This document shows positions 26,691 through 43,045 of a stretch of 64,000 nt of DNA, in pieces. The stretch's first letter is position 1. Every line of letters begins with the position of its first letter. A program made the position numbers and the translations under genes. The notes beneath the pieces were generated by a model. It saw only the letters and a list, made by a program, of their open reading frames with translations, made no database searches and was not told the DNA's origin. This DNA is from Piromyces finnis finn (Eukaryota; Fungi; Neocallimastigomycota), in assembly GCA_002104945.1 (NCBI GenBank), contig MCFH01000007.1, positions 1-64,000 of the forward strand, given 5' to 3'.

Positions 26691-27850
26691 ATGATAATGA
26701 ATAGACTAATTAAAAAGTATACAACATTTTCAAGTAATTATAGAATACATAATGCATCACAGAAGGATTTCTTTTCTTCAACATATAATGCCCATAACCA
26801 AATAAATAATAACAGATTTGATAATTCTCTATCTTATTCAAATAATAATTTAATATACAATAACAATAACAGCAATAATAATAGTAATAACAACAATAAT
26901 ATAAATTTTAATGAAAACAATACATTATCTGGTAATAACAACATAAACAATTCATATCAAAGCAGGTATAATAATTACGAAATACTTATTTCATAATACA
27001 ATTAAATTACATATTTTTTAATTAATTTAATAATATAAACAAATAAAAATAATTTTAATATAGCTTACATAATAAAGTTTTTAATCATTCGAAGCCTGTA
27101 TATGAATTTTATGGTTATGCGTTTTATTTAGTTTCTTTTTTAGGAATGGGTAAATACCATAAACTAAATATAAAATATTAAAATTAATAATTAAATAAAA
27201 ATAAAATTTTAAATATATTTAAATGATATATCATTAAAATAAATAAAAAAGGAATATGGCTATTTTGGGCATTTTCATCTGAAAGCTTTTCTAAAAAGAT
27301 TGGCTTCACTTATTACCCAAAAAAGTATCTTATTTAATAATATTAATAATGATTTAATGTAAATTAATATTTTAATTACTAAAATTTATAAATTTAACAT
27401 TAACACTATTACTATAAATGAAAAAGACATTGGGCCATTGCAATACCTAATTATATTGTAATTAGTATTTTATTTTGTGTAGCTATTTTTTTATGTTACA
27501 ATTTTATTCATACACCATCATTTGATTCATTAAATACAGTAACAGGTAAAACATAGTAATCTAATAATATCTTAAAACTATATATATCAAGTATCATATT
27601 CATTTTTAAAGTTTTTTTTTTTTTTTTTACCATTACAATCTTACCTATATATATTATTTTATTATAATATAATATTAATAAATAAGATAAACATTCAAAC
27701 TTAATGAAAAATGTAAAATATACAAGATTAGAAGAAGATAATGATATTCCAGATTTACAAGATATACCAATAAGTATTACCAATGCATATTTGTATAGTG
27801 ATTTATTTAATTCATCAAGTGAACCTTATTCTTCTTATTCAACTTCATAA
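26691..27850 (+). CDS. PIGP: GPI-GlcNAc transferase subunit PIG-P/Gpi19 with Asn-rich N-terminus; 5 exons
   Basis: Spliced: ..KPVYEFYGYAFYLVSFLGM|GIWLFWAFSSESFSKKIGFTYYPK|KHWAIAIPNYIVISILF...IHTPSFDSLNTVT|DKH...IPDLQDIPISITNAYLY. This matches the PIG-P pattern YE.YG, W.., YYP..WA.AIP, TP..DS..T..D, IP.L.DIPI..VN. Start codon is tentative. Confidence 0.85.
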
Positions 27851-28125
27851 TCTAAAAAATAATAAAAAAAATTTTAATCATAAAAATAAAATAAATAAAT
27901 AAATATAAATAAATAATATAAATGGTCATTAATATAGAAAATATAGAAATAGTTGTATAAACACTATGTAAAATGTAATTATTAAGAAAAAAAATAATAA
28001 CAAATAAAATAAAAATCAAATAGAATTACTATATATGCTTTTAATGTTTTATGGTTAATGTTTAGTTAAAATAATATATAATTTAAAATGATGAAGTATA
28101 TATATAATATATCATTCTATTTAAT

Positions 28126-28168
<43 letters not shown>

Positions 28169-29959
28169 TATCAAGATTTAAATGATATCAATTTAATAAA
28201 AATTACTTTTAATATGAAGTTCCATAATACTGTTATAGTTATTAATTATTATTCAGTAATTTAGTTTTTACTTCTGTATAATATTTATCATATAATATAT
28301 ATATATCTGATTAATATATTTTATAAAAAAAAAAATAGTTTTTATAAAAACTTAACCACCCTTTATTAATTGATAATACTTATTACATTTAATTATTTTA
28401 TTTAAATATATAATTAAAAAAGAATATTTAATTAATAATATTGTTATATTTCAAATAATTTAATACTCTTTTAAAGTTCAATAATTACCAAATTTAATTA
28501 TTACTGAATTAATTCAAAGAAATCATTCTAATTAAATAATTATAATTGTTTTATATCTAACTCTACAGTTAATGAGTTGTTTTAATAAAAATATATTATT
28601 TTTTTCTATCATGTATAAATCTTTTACATATATTAATAATATAATAAAGAATATATTCTTTCTTCTTCTATATTAAAAGTAAAAGTATTTTTAATTTTAA
28701 TTTTTTTTACTTGTTAATAATATTAATTAATTACTACTTATTTGAAACTTTAAAATTTATATAAATATATAGTTTTTTCCCTTTATATGTATATATATAT
28801 ATATCTTTTTTACACATAAAATAAATGCATTTATCATATTAGATATCATATTAATAACAGTAATTAAAAACCTATCAATCTTTAAAAAAAAAAAAAAAGA
28901 TAATTTTAAATTATTGTTGTATTAACCATTCGTTTTTTTAATTAAATTTTTTTTACTGATTTATAAAAATCTTTTATTAAGCCATCATTTTCAAACAATT
29001 AACTACAAAAACTATCAACCTTTATGGTATTACTTTTATTGACATCTATATAAGACTATTTAATTTCAAGTGAAATAAAAAAAAAAAAAAAAAAAGATAA
29101 ACCTTTTTAATAAATTTTAAATACTAATAGTAATATTATTATATATTTATGAACTAAAAACAATGTTAATAAACATTATATAATTTTTAATTACAATTTG
29201 ATTTTTAACTAATATTTTAAAGCTAATGAAGCACTAATTGTTATAATGAAATTATATTAAAAAAAAAAAAAAAATAGTCTATTAAAGTTTCAAATTAAAA
29301 TTTTAAATAAAAAATTATACATTTTTTTAAAAAAAATATAAATTCATCACTTTATATATAGATAGGGTTTACTTTTTATATATTTACTCTTTTTTATAGG
29401 TTTTTATAATAGTATTTTTTTTTTTTTTTATTTTATTTTGTTTTGTAAAATTCATCAATACATGGAAAAAGATTAGTAAAATATGATATATATTAAATAG
29501 AAAATAATATAAATTATAAAAGAAAAGTATAAAAATAAAAAATCTTTTCATAATAGATTCATAAATAAATAATTGTAAGAATAAAATGAAGTATATTCAT
29601 GATGTAAAATAAAAAATATATAGCTAAAATATAACAAATTCACACTATTGAAAATGGTTTATTTTAGATACAAATGTTAATATATCAATAAAAAACAATT
29701 TTATATATTAAATCAAATAAATTATAATAATCTTCATTTATATATGTTAAATGTTAAATGTTTATTAAAATAATATATACAATAAATAACAATTATAATA
29801 ATAAATATTTTCTTATTATATACTTTACAAATACAAATATATTAGAAGTGTAACTTTCTTCTAACTTATTAAAACAAAAGAAAAAAGAAAGACAGAAAAG
29901 AAAAAAAAAATAGGAAACAAAAATAAATAAAAAATTATAAAAATATCATTAATAATAAA

Positions 29960-31891
<1,932 letters not shown>

Positions 31892-31920
31892 AAATATATT
31901 TATCGTAAAGTATTCAATTG

Positions 31921-31959
<39 letters not shown>
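31921..31959 (+). repeat. A39 homopolymer 29 nt after the PKA-like stop codon
   Basis: Read directly; the longest homopolymer I noticed in the window. Confidence 0.9.
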
Positions 31960-31961
<2 letters not shown>

Positions 31962-33703
31962 AAACTCGAAAAAATAAATATTAAAAAAAAAATAATTTCA
32001 TTATTTAAGAAAAAAAAATAGCCATTTACATAGGAAATAATAATAATGAAAAAAGTTAAAAAATACTATAATACTATAATAATAAAAATAAAAAACTGAG
32101 TATTAGCTATTATATGAAGCTTTCCTTGTATATCTTGTATATGAGTATTAAAACTATTAGAAATATAAATATCGACAAACTTCTATTTTAAATTGTAATT
32201 ATTTTATAGTTTTTTTTTTTTTTCTTTTTTTTTTTTTTTTTAACAAAAAATAAAAATGAAATTAATATTATCTATAACTATAAATAATTATCAACATTTA
32301 ATTATATTGCTCATTTTAAATAAATATGAATATAATATTTTCATTTTATTTATTAATAAAAATAAAAATATTTTAAAACATAAATAAATTTTGAATTTTT
32401 AACTTTTCCCGAAAATTTAATTTAATGCATTGATATTTTAATGTTAGTTAATTTCCCTTACCATTATACCTATTTTTATATTTATAATAATATTATATAA
32501 AATCTAAATCAATAATTATATCTATCATTTTATATTTATATATAACTTAATTATTATTATTACTATTGATAACTGATAAAAAAATTGAACTTTCCCATCA
32601 TATTATTTATTATTAATTTGAGTTTTAATTGATGAAGCATCCATATACTCTAAAATTCTTGTATATTTATATTTTGTGTACCAATTAATTTTCAAAGAAT
32701 AGTAATATTTAAAATTTATTTAAAAATAAAAATTAATTTAAATTATTTTAATAAGAAAATTCTTATAAAGATTAATAAAGATATTCAATAATTATTATTA
32801 ATTTAATGATTTATTTCAAAAAAAAAAAAAAAAAAAGATTTATATCAACAATTATTATAACTACACCTTATATCACTTTTTACATTTTTTATTATTAATA
32901 GCATTCAAATTAAACAATAAAATTAAATATTTATATATGAAAATATGACCTTAGTAATTATATGTTGTATATTCATTATTAGTTTAGGTTATTTAATTTA
33001 GTATGTATAAATATCTTTATACATAAAAAAACTGTGGGCTTAATATCAAAATAAAATAAAAACTTTATTAAATAATAATAAATTTGAATTATACAATTAT
33101 CATCCTTATTCATTAATTATGTCTTTTAATTATATATTCAAATTTAAATTAATATAAAATAAAATAATACGCTTAAAGAAATATATATATTTATTAAATT
33201 AAATGTTTACAAGTAACTTTTTTTTTTAAAACCAAAATGGTGACATTTTTTTCTAAATTATTAAATTACTATTAAAATAATTATAAATTCAATTTATTTA
33301 ATTTTAATAAATATTGTTTTATATTTTATTTTTAAACATTATTTTTTAAAACATTGTAATTTTATCTACTAAAAAATATTAATTCTATTATTATTTTCAT
33401 TAATATTATTGTTATATTATTGCTATAATATTTATTATTTTCCTTTTTATTTAAAAAAAAAAAAAAAAGAAAGAAAGAAATACGAAAAAAAAAAAAAGTA
33501 TTTTAAGAATAACATAAATTAATTTAAAAACTATATAAAAATATAGTAACATTAAATAACAATAATTTGAAAGTAAACGTTAAAAAAACATTAATTATAT
33601 TTAAAAAGTTTCATTCTTAATAGTAATTTCAATTAAATAATTTACGTAACAATAAGAATAGAATTAAGAGATATTTAAAACAATAAAGCTCAGTTAAAAC
33701 ACT

Positions 33704-36597
33704 ATGGCTTCAAGAGTACATAGTTTAAATTTAAATGGAAAAATACCAAATATTTTATTAAAAGAACAAAAACAATTATATAATCAAGCAAAATTAAAAA
33801 ACTTTGACGACAATTTAAATATTAATAATGACAGTATTGATAATTTAAAAAAGTTAACAAGATTTTCATCTTATAACGAAAATAATATCAAAAACTCAGC
33901 GAATACTTTGAAGTGGGAAGAAGAAAGTGATGAATATAATTTAGCAGATGATAAAACAAATCAGAATAATAATAAAAAAAACCTTATTGAAAATAATTTA
34001 CAAAACTATAATAGAGAAAGTAATTATGGGTAAGTTTATAGACAATTCATAAAAATAAATATAATAAATAATAAACCGATCTAAGATGATATAGAAAAAA
34101 TATTTATATATATATTAATAATTTATTCTATGTTTATCTTTATCATAAATTAATTTAATATAACAAAAAAAATTTTATGTATAATTTTATATATTTATTA
34201 TTGTTTTTATAAAACAAATTATATCAAATTAATAATATAAAGTAGTTTTGAAAATATAGAAAATCAGTTAAGTCGCTCAGTATTATTACGAAAAAATTAT
34301 GAGGATCTTACACAGCTTGATGCCTCGCCTTCAATATATTATGACCATCATGAAGAAGATAAATTTATAATAAAATGTCCTTCATGTCCAGAAAAAGTAT
34401 TTAGAAAACCAGATGATATGAAAGTTTTTGATAATGCTAACAACGATGAAATAGATTTCTATACCAATGAAAAAATTGTATCAAATAATTGTTGGTCAGA
34501 AATATCAAAGTTAAGGCATTTTGCTTCAAATCTTGAACTCTATACCTCTAATAATAAAAAATCGAAGCTTACATTCAACTTTTTAGAAGAGTTCGCTTTA
34601 AATGAGGGTGTTAATTATTTAAGCGACTTTGGTTTCCACGATAGTCATGATCATATAACTGATGATGATGGTTTCTATCCTTTAAGAAGTAGTAATGATT
34701 ATATACATGAATTTGTGGATACAGACTCAGAATCAGACGAAGAAAATGATTCAGATAATGAAGATTTAAAAAATTATATTAGTCAAAAAAGAAAAATGGT
34801 AGAAAAAATGAGAGATTCAAATCTCTCTAATTCATCATCAATACAATATCAATATTCAATGACAGATGATTTTAATGGAATTGATGAAAGTAAAAATACC
34901 TTAATTTCATCCTTTAATTCATTACAAATTAATCAATGTTACAGTGATGATGAAAATAACAAAATTCTTGAAATTTTTGATTTTATAAAAGAATATAAAA
35001 CATTAGTTAATAGTGTCAGTATCAAATATGAAAATAATAACATATTAATTAACGAAAAACCTCTGGAGAATAGAATCCGACATTCACTTGATGAATATCA
35101 AGTAAATATATATCAAAAATTATAAATTATACTAATTAATAATAAATAGAATAATATTTGATATTTATATTTTAAATTGCTTTATTTTAAAAATAAATAT
35201 GTATTATTATTATTATTGTTTTTTTGTGATAAATAGTATAAATAATGTCCCTTTTTTATTAATTTTATTTTGTACTTATAATTAAATTATCCTAATCAAT
35301 TATTTTTATTACACCTAATTTTATAATCTTTATAATCTTTATATAGGAAATTAAAACAGTGGGTAACGGTGCATATGGAAAATTAGTTGAATGTATTCAT
35401 TTACCTACAAATAAAAGAGTTATATTAAAAAAAATACCAGTTAATAATATTAATCATTGGTATATAAATAATATAATGACAATGGAAGAATATTCTTTAA
35501 GAAAAAATATCCATCCAAGAATCATAACTTTATACGATGCTTTCCTTTACTATCCTACATCCACTGAATCATTAGATAAAGAAAAAGAAAAAAGTATAGC
35601 AAAGTCAACGAAATCACAAACATTAGCTGTTAACATCAAAAATAAATTTAAAAATCTAAATAGAATTTTAAAAGGCGGTAAAAAGAAAAAAAGAAAGGAA
35701 AATGGAAAGGAAAAGAATGAAGAAAATAACAAGAATTCGGAACCAAAAGAAATAGAAGAATTTGATGAAAATCATAAAGACGATTTATATATTCTTGTCA
35801 CTGAATCCATAGGTAAAGATAGTATGGATCTTTATGATTATATTGAATCTGTTGGCCCAATTCCAGAAGATAATGTTAGATATATATTTGCACAAATTAT
35901 CGAAGCTATTTACTTTATGAGTAAAAACGGTTTTAGTCATGGTGATATTAAAGGTATAATCATAAATATATATATTTATTTCATCATATTTATATATTAA
36001 ACTAAAAATATATTTTAAATTATAACTTTTACTTTCCAATATAAAGATGAAAATATATTAATTAATCCATCTACATTTCAAATTAAATTAATTGGTAAAT
36101 ATAATTAAAATTTATTTATTATTAAAAAAAATAAAATAGCTATTATAATATATACAAATAATTCTATAATTACTCTTTTACTAAAAAATATATATGTTAA
36201 TAATATTATTATTAATAATTAAAAAGATTTCGGATCTGCAACAACAAATATTGGAAATGCTGAAATACCTTATTCAAAATTCAGAGGAACAAGAAAATAT
36301 CAAGCACCGAATATTTATAAGAAAGATGTTTTCGATCCTTTAGCCCAAGATGTATGGTCATTAGGAGTAATGTTTTTTGTTATGTTATTTGCTGCTGATC
36401 CATTTACTAGTCCAGAAGAAGCTGAAAATGTAGATATTTTAGAACAATTACATGAAAATATTCAGTATATAAGAGTTGAGAAAGATATGGATGTTAGTAA
36501 TGAAGCTGTGGATTTAATAATGAAAATGTTAGAAAAAGATGAAACAGTACGAATTACTCTTGAAGAAATTATATATCATAACTTTTTCAGAATTTAA
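33704..36597 (+). CDS. Ser/Thr protein kinase (PASK/Pim-like CAMK-group domain) with long uncharacterised N-terminus; 5 exons
   Basis: GNGAYGKLV, RVILKKI, MDLYDYIE, FSHGDIKDENILI, LIDFGSA, FRGTRKYQAP, DVWSLGVMFF, RITLEEIIYHNFF across GT-AG joins. Confidence 0.82.
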
Positions 36598-37347
36598 TTA
36601 TTTCTATATTTTATCTCCTTTAATACTTTGGACATAATTTATTTCTTGAAAAAAAAATTATTAATTGATTGTTATAATTATTGTTTTTACTGTGTATTTT
36701 TTTTTTTTTTTTAAATATAAATTTTTATTCTAAATATATTATTTTTACAACAAGAATTAAATTTTTATTTAATCTATCATTACACAATTACTATATTTAA
36801 AATATTAAATAATAATAATTATTATTATTAATTATCCTCAAAAAAAAAAAAAAAAAAAAAAGACAATCATTACTATAAAATATTAGAAAAATGTAAATTT
36901 TATTAAAATTGTTTTTTTGTTATTATTTCTTATTATATATGTATAATGATATATTATCAATATCATAATTTCTTGTTGATATATTAAATCTATCTTAAAC
37001 AATAATAATAATAAATATTTTATAATAATTTTGTTAATAATTTATTTCTTAAAAAAAAATGCAATGGATTATCTACATAGTTGATTCCTATATTATTAGA
37101 TAGTTTTTTAGTTTTATTTTTGTAATAAATATTAATTATTAAAAGGTCTTCTTTTAAAATAAGCATTTAATTAATAATTTTAAATGTTATAATTAGTAAT
37201 AAATTATAAGATAATATTATTGGTTTATTATATAATAAAAAATAAAAGATAATAAATATTTTTATTAGAATAGTTTTTCTTATTTTTATTATTATTATTA
37301 TAATGTATTAAATGCTATTTTAAAACTGAAAATTAAGAAATACTAAA

Positions 37348-38539
37348 ATGATTGAAAATCTAAAAAATTCAAGAAAAAGGTCAAGATCAAGATCTCATTC
37401 TAGAAGTAAATCAAGTCAAAGGTCGCATTCAAAATCACATAGAAAAGGATATCATTCAAAATCACCTGAAAGAACAAGAATTAGAAATCATCATAATTCG
37501 AAGCATAAGCATCATTCCAATACAGATAATCATAAGAAGAAAAGACATAAAAAAATAAAACATTATCATAGACATGGATATTCTTCTTCAAGTGAAGATA
37601 GCTATTCATGCACAGAATCTGACGAGTCATATTCTAGTGATAATTCATATTACAGTTCATCTTCATCATCTTCAAGTTACTCGAAAAAGCATAAAAAAAA
37701 AAGACATGATAAAAAACACAAAAAAAAGCACGAAAAACATAAACATATAAATATGTTATCACTACTAAGTATGCCAGAATCAAAAGAAAAAGAACAAAAT
37801 GAAGATTTATTTGATTTTCAAAAAAAAAAGAAAGAACAAAAAATAAAAGAGGAAATGGAAAAAGAATTATTAAAGCAAGAAGAAAAAAATAAAAAGAAGG
37901 AACAAAAGAAATTAGGTATTTTTTTTTCTCATAATTTTAAGCCTTATATATATAATATCAAATAAATAATAATAATAATAGTAATTCAATTAGAATAAAT
38001 TCAATAAAAATGAAATAGACTGAATTATATAATTAATAATATGAATAGTAATATGACGTCTATTATATCTTTTTCTTACATATAAAAATATAAACGTATA
38101 TTAATATTAGAAAATGAAAAAAAACGTGCTATGGTACCTCAAACTCAAGAAGAATATTTAAAAGAACAAAGTGTAATACGAGAAGGTAATAATTATATAT
38201 AATTAATATCTATATAATAGATATAATATTAAAACATGTATAAATTATAATACCTACATAAAATATTTTAATAATAAATAAAGTGTATGATCCATTATCT
38301 GGAAGAATTAGGTAAAATCAAGCTATTTTATTATTATAAAAACTTTTAAATTTTATTATTATTTCATATTTTAACTTTTTTTTTTATTTTGTTTTGTTTT
38401 TTTTTTATATATTTTAAGACTGGTAAAAGGCTCAGGAGAGATTATTGAAAGAATAGTTTCTAAGGAACAACAACGGCAAATTAATAAACTAGCAACCAAA
38501 ACAGATGGTCTTATTTATTCTCAAACATTATTAAATTAA
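37348..38539 (+). CDS. ARL6IP4: ARL6IP4 / SR-25 family Ser/Arg/Lys/His-rich nuclear protein; 4 exons
   Basis: RS/HK-rich N-terminus and spliced C-terminus KRAMVPQTQEEYLKEQSVIREVYDPLSGRIRLVKGSGEIIERIVSKEQQRQINKLATKTDG, the SR-25 conserved domain pattern. Confidence 0.85.
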
Positions 38540-39034
38540 AAAATAAAAAAGTAAATTTCAGAAATACTTTTAAATCGTAAATAAAAAAAAAACGATAATA
38601 TACCAATAAACTGCATTACTACAATACAATTAATTAATAAAATAATAACTAAATATTAAATACAAAACAGTTTTTTTTTATAATTTTAAAATTTTATTTA
38701 TTAATAGATCAATTTATATTTATCTAAAAATTTTATCTTTTTAAATATGTTTTTAATGTTTTAATTCTTTTGCTTTTTTCTTTTTTTTTCTTTTTTAGAG
38801 AATAATAATAAATGTATTATTACATTATATAAATAATAAATGTTTTCTTTCATTTCTTTTTTTTTCAAAATTTTAAATTATTATTATTCTTTTAACATAT
38901 GCACTAAATTAGAATATCAATACATATACATATATATATCTTTATATATAGTATAATGTTTAGGATAACAATTTATTAACTTTCTGTTGTAATTTAATTT
39001 CTAGAGATTTTTTAAAAGGTCCATTTTAACTAAT

Positions 39035-42000
39035 TTACTTAGATAAAGAGAGTAAGAATTTACTTTCATTAACTTCTTGTTCTTCTTCAGCAATAATATT
39101 AGCAGAAGCACTTCTAGCAGAAAGATCTTCAATACCTTGCTTTAAGGAGTTCTTTAAGTATTCTTTTTGGCTTTCAAGAACATTCTTAATTTGATCATTT
39201 GGATCTTCAACAATCTTAATATGGTAATTAACTTCATCAGTTTGGGCAAGAAGAGCCTTCTTTCTAAGTCTTTGAACTCTGTTAATAACTTCACGAGCTA
39301 AACCTTCTTGGATTAAAGATTCATCTAATTCAGTATCTAAAAGAACAATAACTTCACGGTCGAAACCAGACTTGAAATGGCTGTCTTCCTTAGCATCAAC
39401 ATAACGGTTAACATTTAAGTCAGCATCAGTAAGAACTACATCATTGATGGTAATAGACTTGGTAGCTAAGAAGTTCTTGGCATCATCAGAAGTGAAGTTA
39501 GTTAAAGCCTTTCTAATTGGTGGGTAAGCCTTCTTTAATTTTTGACCTAAGACTCTGTGATCTGGTTCAATTCTGTATTTAACACCATACTTTTCTTCAT
39601 CACTGGTGACAGTTAAAGTACGGATGTTTAATTCTTGAACAATGTAAGATTCAAGTGACTTAACATCTTCAATGTATTGTGGATCAGTACTAACAACAAC
39701 TAATTCTCTTAATGGAGTCTTTAATGGAAGAGTGTTCTTTTCACGAATAACACGACCTAATTCAATAACATTTTGCATTCTAGAAACAGTTCTTTCAATG
39801 TCAGAATCAATGTAATCTTCATTTGGTTCTGGGAAGGAAATAAAGTGGATACTACGAACATCTTCACCTTCCTTTGGTTCTGGCATAATGTTCTTAAGGT
39901 TTTGGTACATTAATTCAGCCATGAATGGAGTGAATGGAGCCATGGTACGGCAAAGAGTGTATAATACTTCGAATAAAGTATTTAAAGCAGCTTCACAATC
40001 TTCAACACCATTTTCACCCTTAAGTCTGTTACGGTTGAATCTAACATACCAGTTAGTTAATTCATCAATTAACTTTAATAATCTTGGAACAACAGTGTAA
40101 AGACGGTAAGCATTCATTTCTTGCTTAACAAACTTAATTAAACTTTGGCATGAAGCTAAAATCCATCTGTCCATAACATTAGTACCCTTAATATCACGAT
40201 GTGGATTGTACTTGAAATCTAAATTGAATTCCTTCTTAGCTAAGAAAACTTGGTTAACAAAGAATCTGTAAGCATTGTACCATGGTAAGAAGACACGAGC
40301 AATTAATTCCTTAACACCTTCTTCCTTGAACTTTAATGGTTCAGCACGAACAACTGGTGAGTTAATTAAGTATAATCTTAAAGCATCAGCACCATAACCA
40401 TTAATAATATGGTTTGGATCTGGGTAGTTCTTTAAACTCTTACTCATTTTCTTACCATCACTATTATATAAAAATGATTTATTATTAAAATATAAATAAA
40501 TATTGATTTATTACTGCGTATAAAATATGTAATAATAAATTATTTAAAAAAATATAAAAATATTTACGCAGCAAGTACTAAACCGTTAACAATAAGGTTC
40601 TTGAATGGTGGACGATCAAATAAGTGAGTAGATAAAACAAGTAAAGTGTAGAACCAACCACGAGTTTGATCTAAACCTTCAGCAATGAAATCAGCTGGGA
40701 AGTTCTTTTCAAATTTGTCCTTGTTTTCAAATGGGTAATGTTGTTGGGCATATGGCATACTTATTAAATAAAAAATTTAATAAATATTTTACATGTTTAA
40801 TTTCATATTTCAAATATTAACATTAAAATACATACCTTCCACTTTCGAACCAACAATCGAAAACTTCTTCGACACGGTGTAATTCACCCTTACCCATCTT
40901 AGATGGAATAGTAATGTGATCAATTTTATCACGATGAATATCGGTAATGTTAGAAACACCAGATAATTCTTCTAATTCCTTGATAGAACCAACACAGACA
41001 ATCTATTATCATTATATTTATATTATCATTAATTTTAACATTTGTTCAACTTACTTAATAATACTACATCTAAAATATAAAAATAATTACTTCTTCAAAA
41101 TCGTCACTAATCCATAATGGAATTGGAGTACCCCAGTATCTGTTACGAGAAACAGACCAATCGTGAGCATTAGCTAACCAATTAGCAAATCTCTTTTCCT
41201 TAACGAAATCTGGAACCCAGTAAGTTTCATCATTGTTCTTTAATAATTTTTCAACAATTGGTTCGACACGAACATACCATGATGGAATAGCACGGTAAAT
41301 TAAAGGACTGTTTGAACTATTGGCATTAATTGAAAATATTTTATCAAAAGCATTAGACTTTAAAATTATTTACAAAATATATATAATATAATATTATTAT
41401 CTTATTTACCGCCAGCATAATGGATAACTGTGAGTAATTTGAGATTGTCTAATTAAACGTCCATCAGCCTTTAACTTCTTAATAATAGCCTTATCAGCTT
41501 CCTTGACATGAATACCAAGGTAATCAGTAACTGGTTCAATGAATCTACCGTTAGCATCAACTGGACATGGAACACTCTTAACATCATCCTTCTTAACAAT
41601 ACCATTAGTAGTACAAACTCTGAAATCGTCTTCACCAAAACCTGGAGCTTGGTGGACGATACCAGTACCACTATCATCAGTAACATAATTATCAGAAACA
41701 ACTCTGAAAGCATTTTCGTTCTATTTATTGATTTAAATAAATTAAATATTAATAAATATTTATACAAGATATTCAAGCAATTAAATATTTAATAAAACTA
41801 TACATACATCAGCGAAGTAGTTAAATAATGGAACATATTTCTTGCCAACAAGATCCTTACCCTTGAACTTTTCTAATATTTCAAACTTAGCCTTCTTAAC
41901 ATTTTTGTAAAGAACATCAAGACGCTTTTCAAGAAGAATCCAAATGGCACCAGTTTCACCATCTAATTAAGCATATATATTAATTAAGGAATTATTAATA

Positions 42001-43045
42001 ATTACAATTAAAAATTTTATCCACAAATAGATAATATATAATTAATTTAATTAAAATCTATAAAGTTAAATTTCTAAGTCTTTAATATTTACCCTTAATC
42101 TTAACATATTCGAATTCTTCGTTAACACAAAGTGCTAAATTACTTGGAAGAGTCCATGGAGTAGTAGTCCAGGCTAATAAACAAACATTTGGATCTTCAA
42201 CAAGTGGGAATGAAATGGTAACAGCTGGATCAACAACATCCTTGTAATTTTGATTAGCTTCAAAGTTAGATAATGGGGTAGCACAAACAGTAGAGTATGG
42301 CATAATCTATTTTGTAAATTATATATTAGAGTTTATTTAATTTTGATTTTAAAAAAATATTATAAAACTTAAGTGTTTGTTTTACCTTGAAACCATGGTA
42401 AACTTGACCCTTATCGAAAAGTTGCTTGAAAACCCACCAAATAGTTTCCATATATGGGGTATTTAAAGTCTTGTAACCGTTTTTGAAATCAATCCATCTA
42501 CCAATTCTCTTAACAGTGTGTTCCCATTCAGAAGAGTATCTCATAACAATAGAACGACATTCAGCATTGTACTTATCAATACCCATAGCTAAAACATCTT
42601 CCTTGTGCTTAATACCTAACTTTTTATCAATTTCGTATTCAACTGGTAAACCGTGACAATCCCAACCGAAACGACGTTCAACATAGTGACCAGTTTGATG
42701 AGCGTAACGTGTAACAACATCCTTTACAAATCAAATTTTATTTTAATAATATTTTTAGTATTTGTAATTTATTATTTAATAATAAAATGATAATTTTTAT
42801 TTAATCCAAAATTTTTATTTAAATTAAATTATTTAACTATTATTAAATACCTTAATAGTACCAGCTAATAAATGACCATAGTGAGGAAGACCAGTAGCGA
42901 ATGGTGGACCATCATAGAAAGTGAAGGCTGGCTTACCTTCGGACATCTTTAAAGAAGTTTCGAAAGCCTTAATTTCTTCCCAGAACTTTAAGGTTTCTTC
43001 TTCAGATTTTGGGAAACTAATATTTGATGGAACTATCAAATTCAT
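39035..43045 (-). CDS. ILS1: Isoleucyl-tRNA synthetase, cytosolic; multi-exon
   Basis: [16 protein letters not shown] (HIGH), [80 protein letters not shown]. Confidence 0.97.

Noticed and set aside
28088-28100. ATGATGAAGTATA shared with 52615; looks like a C/D snoRNA box C
   Set aside because: No CTGA box D at a plausible distance and no terminal stem.
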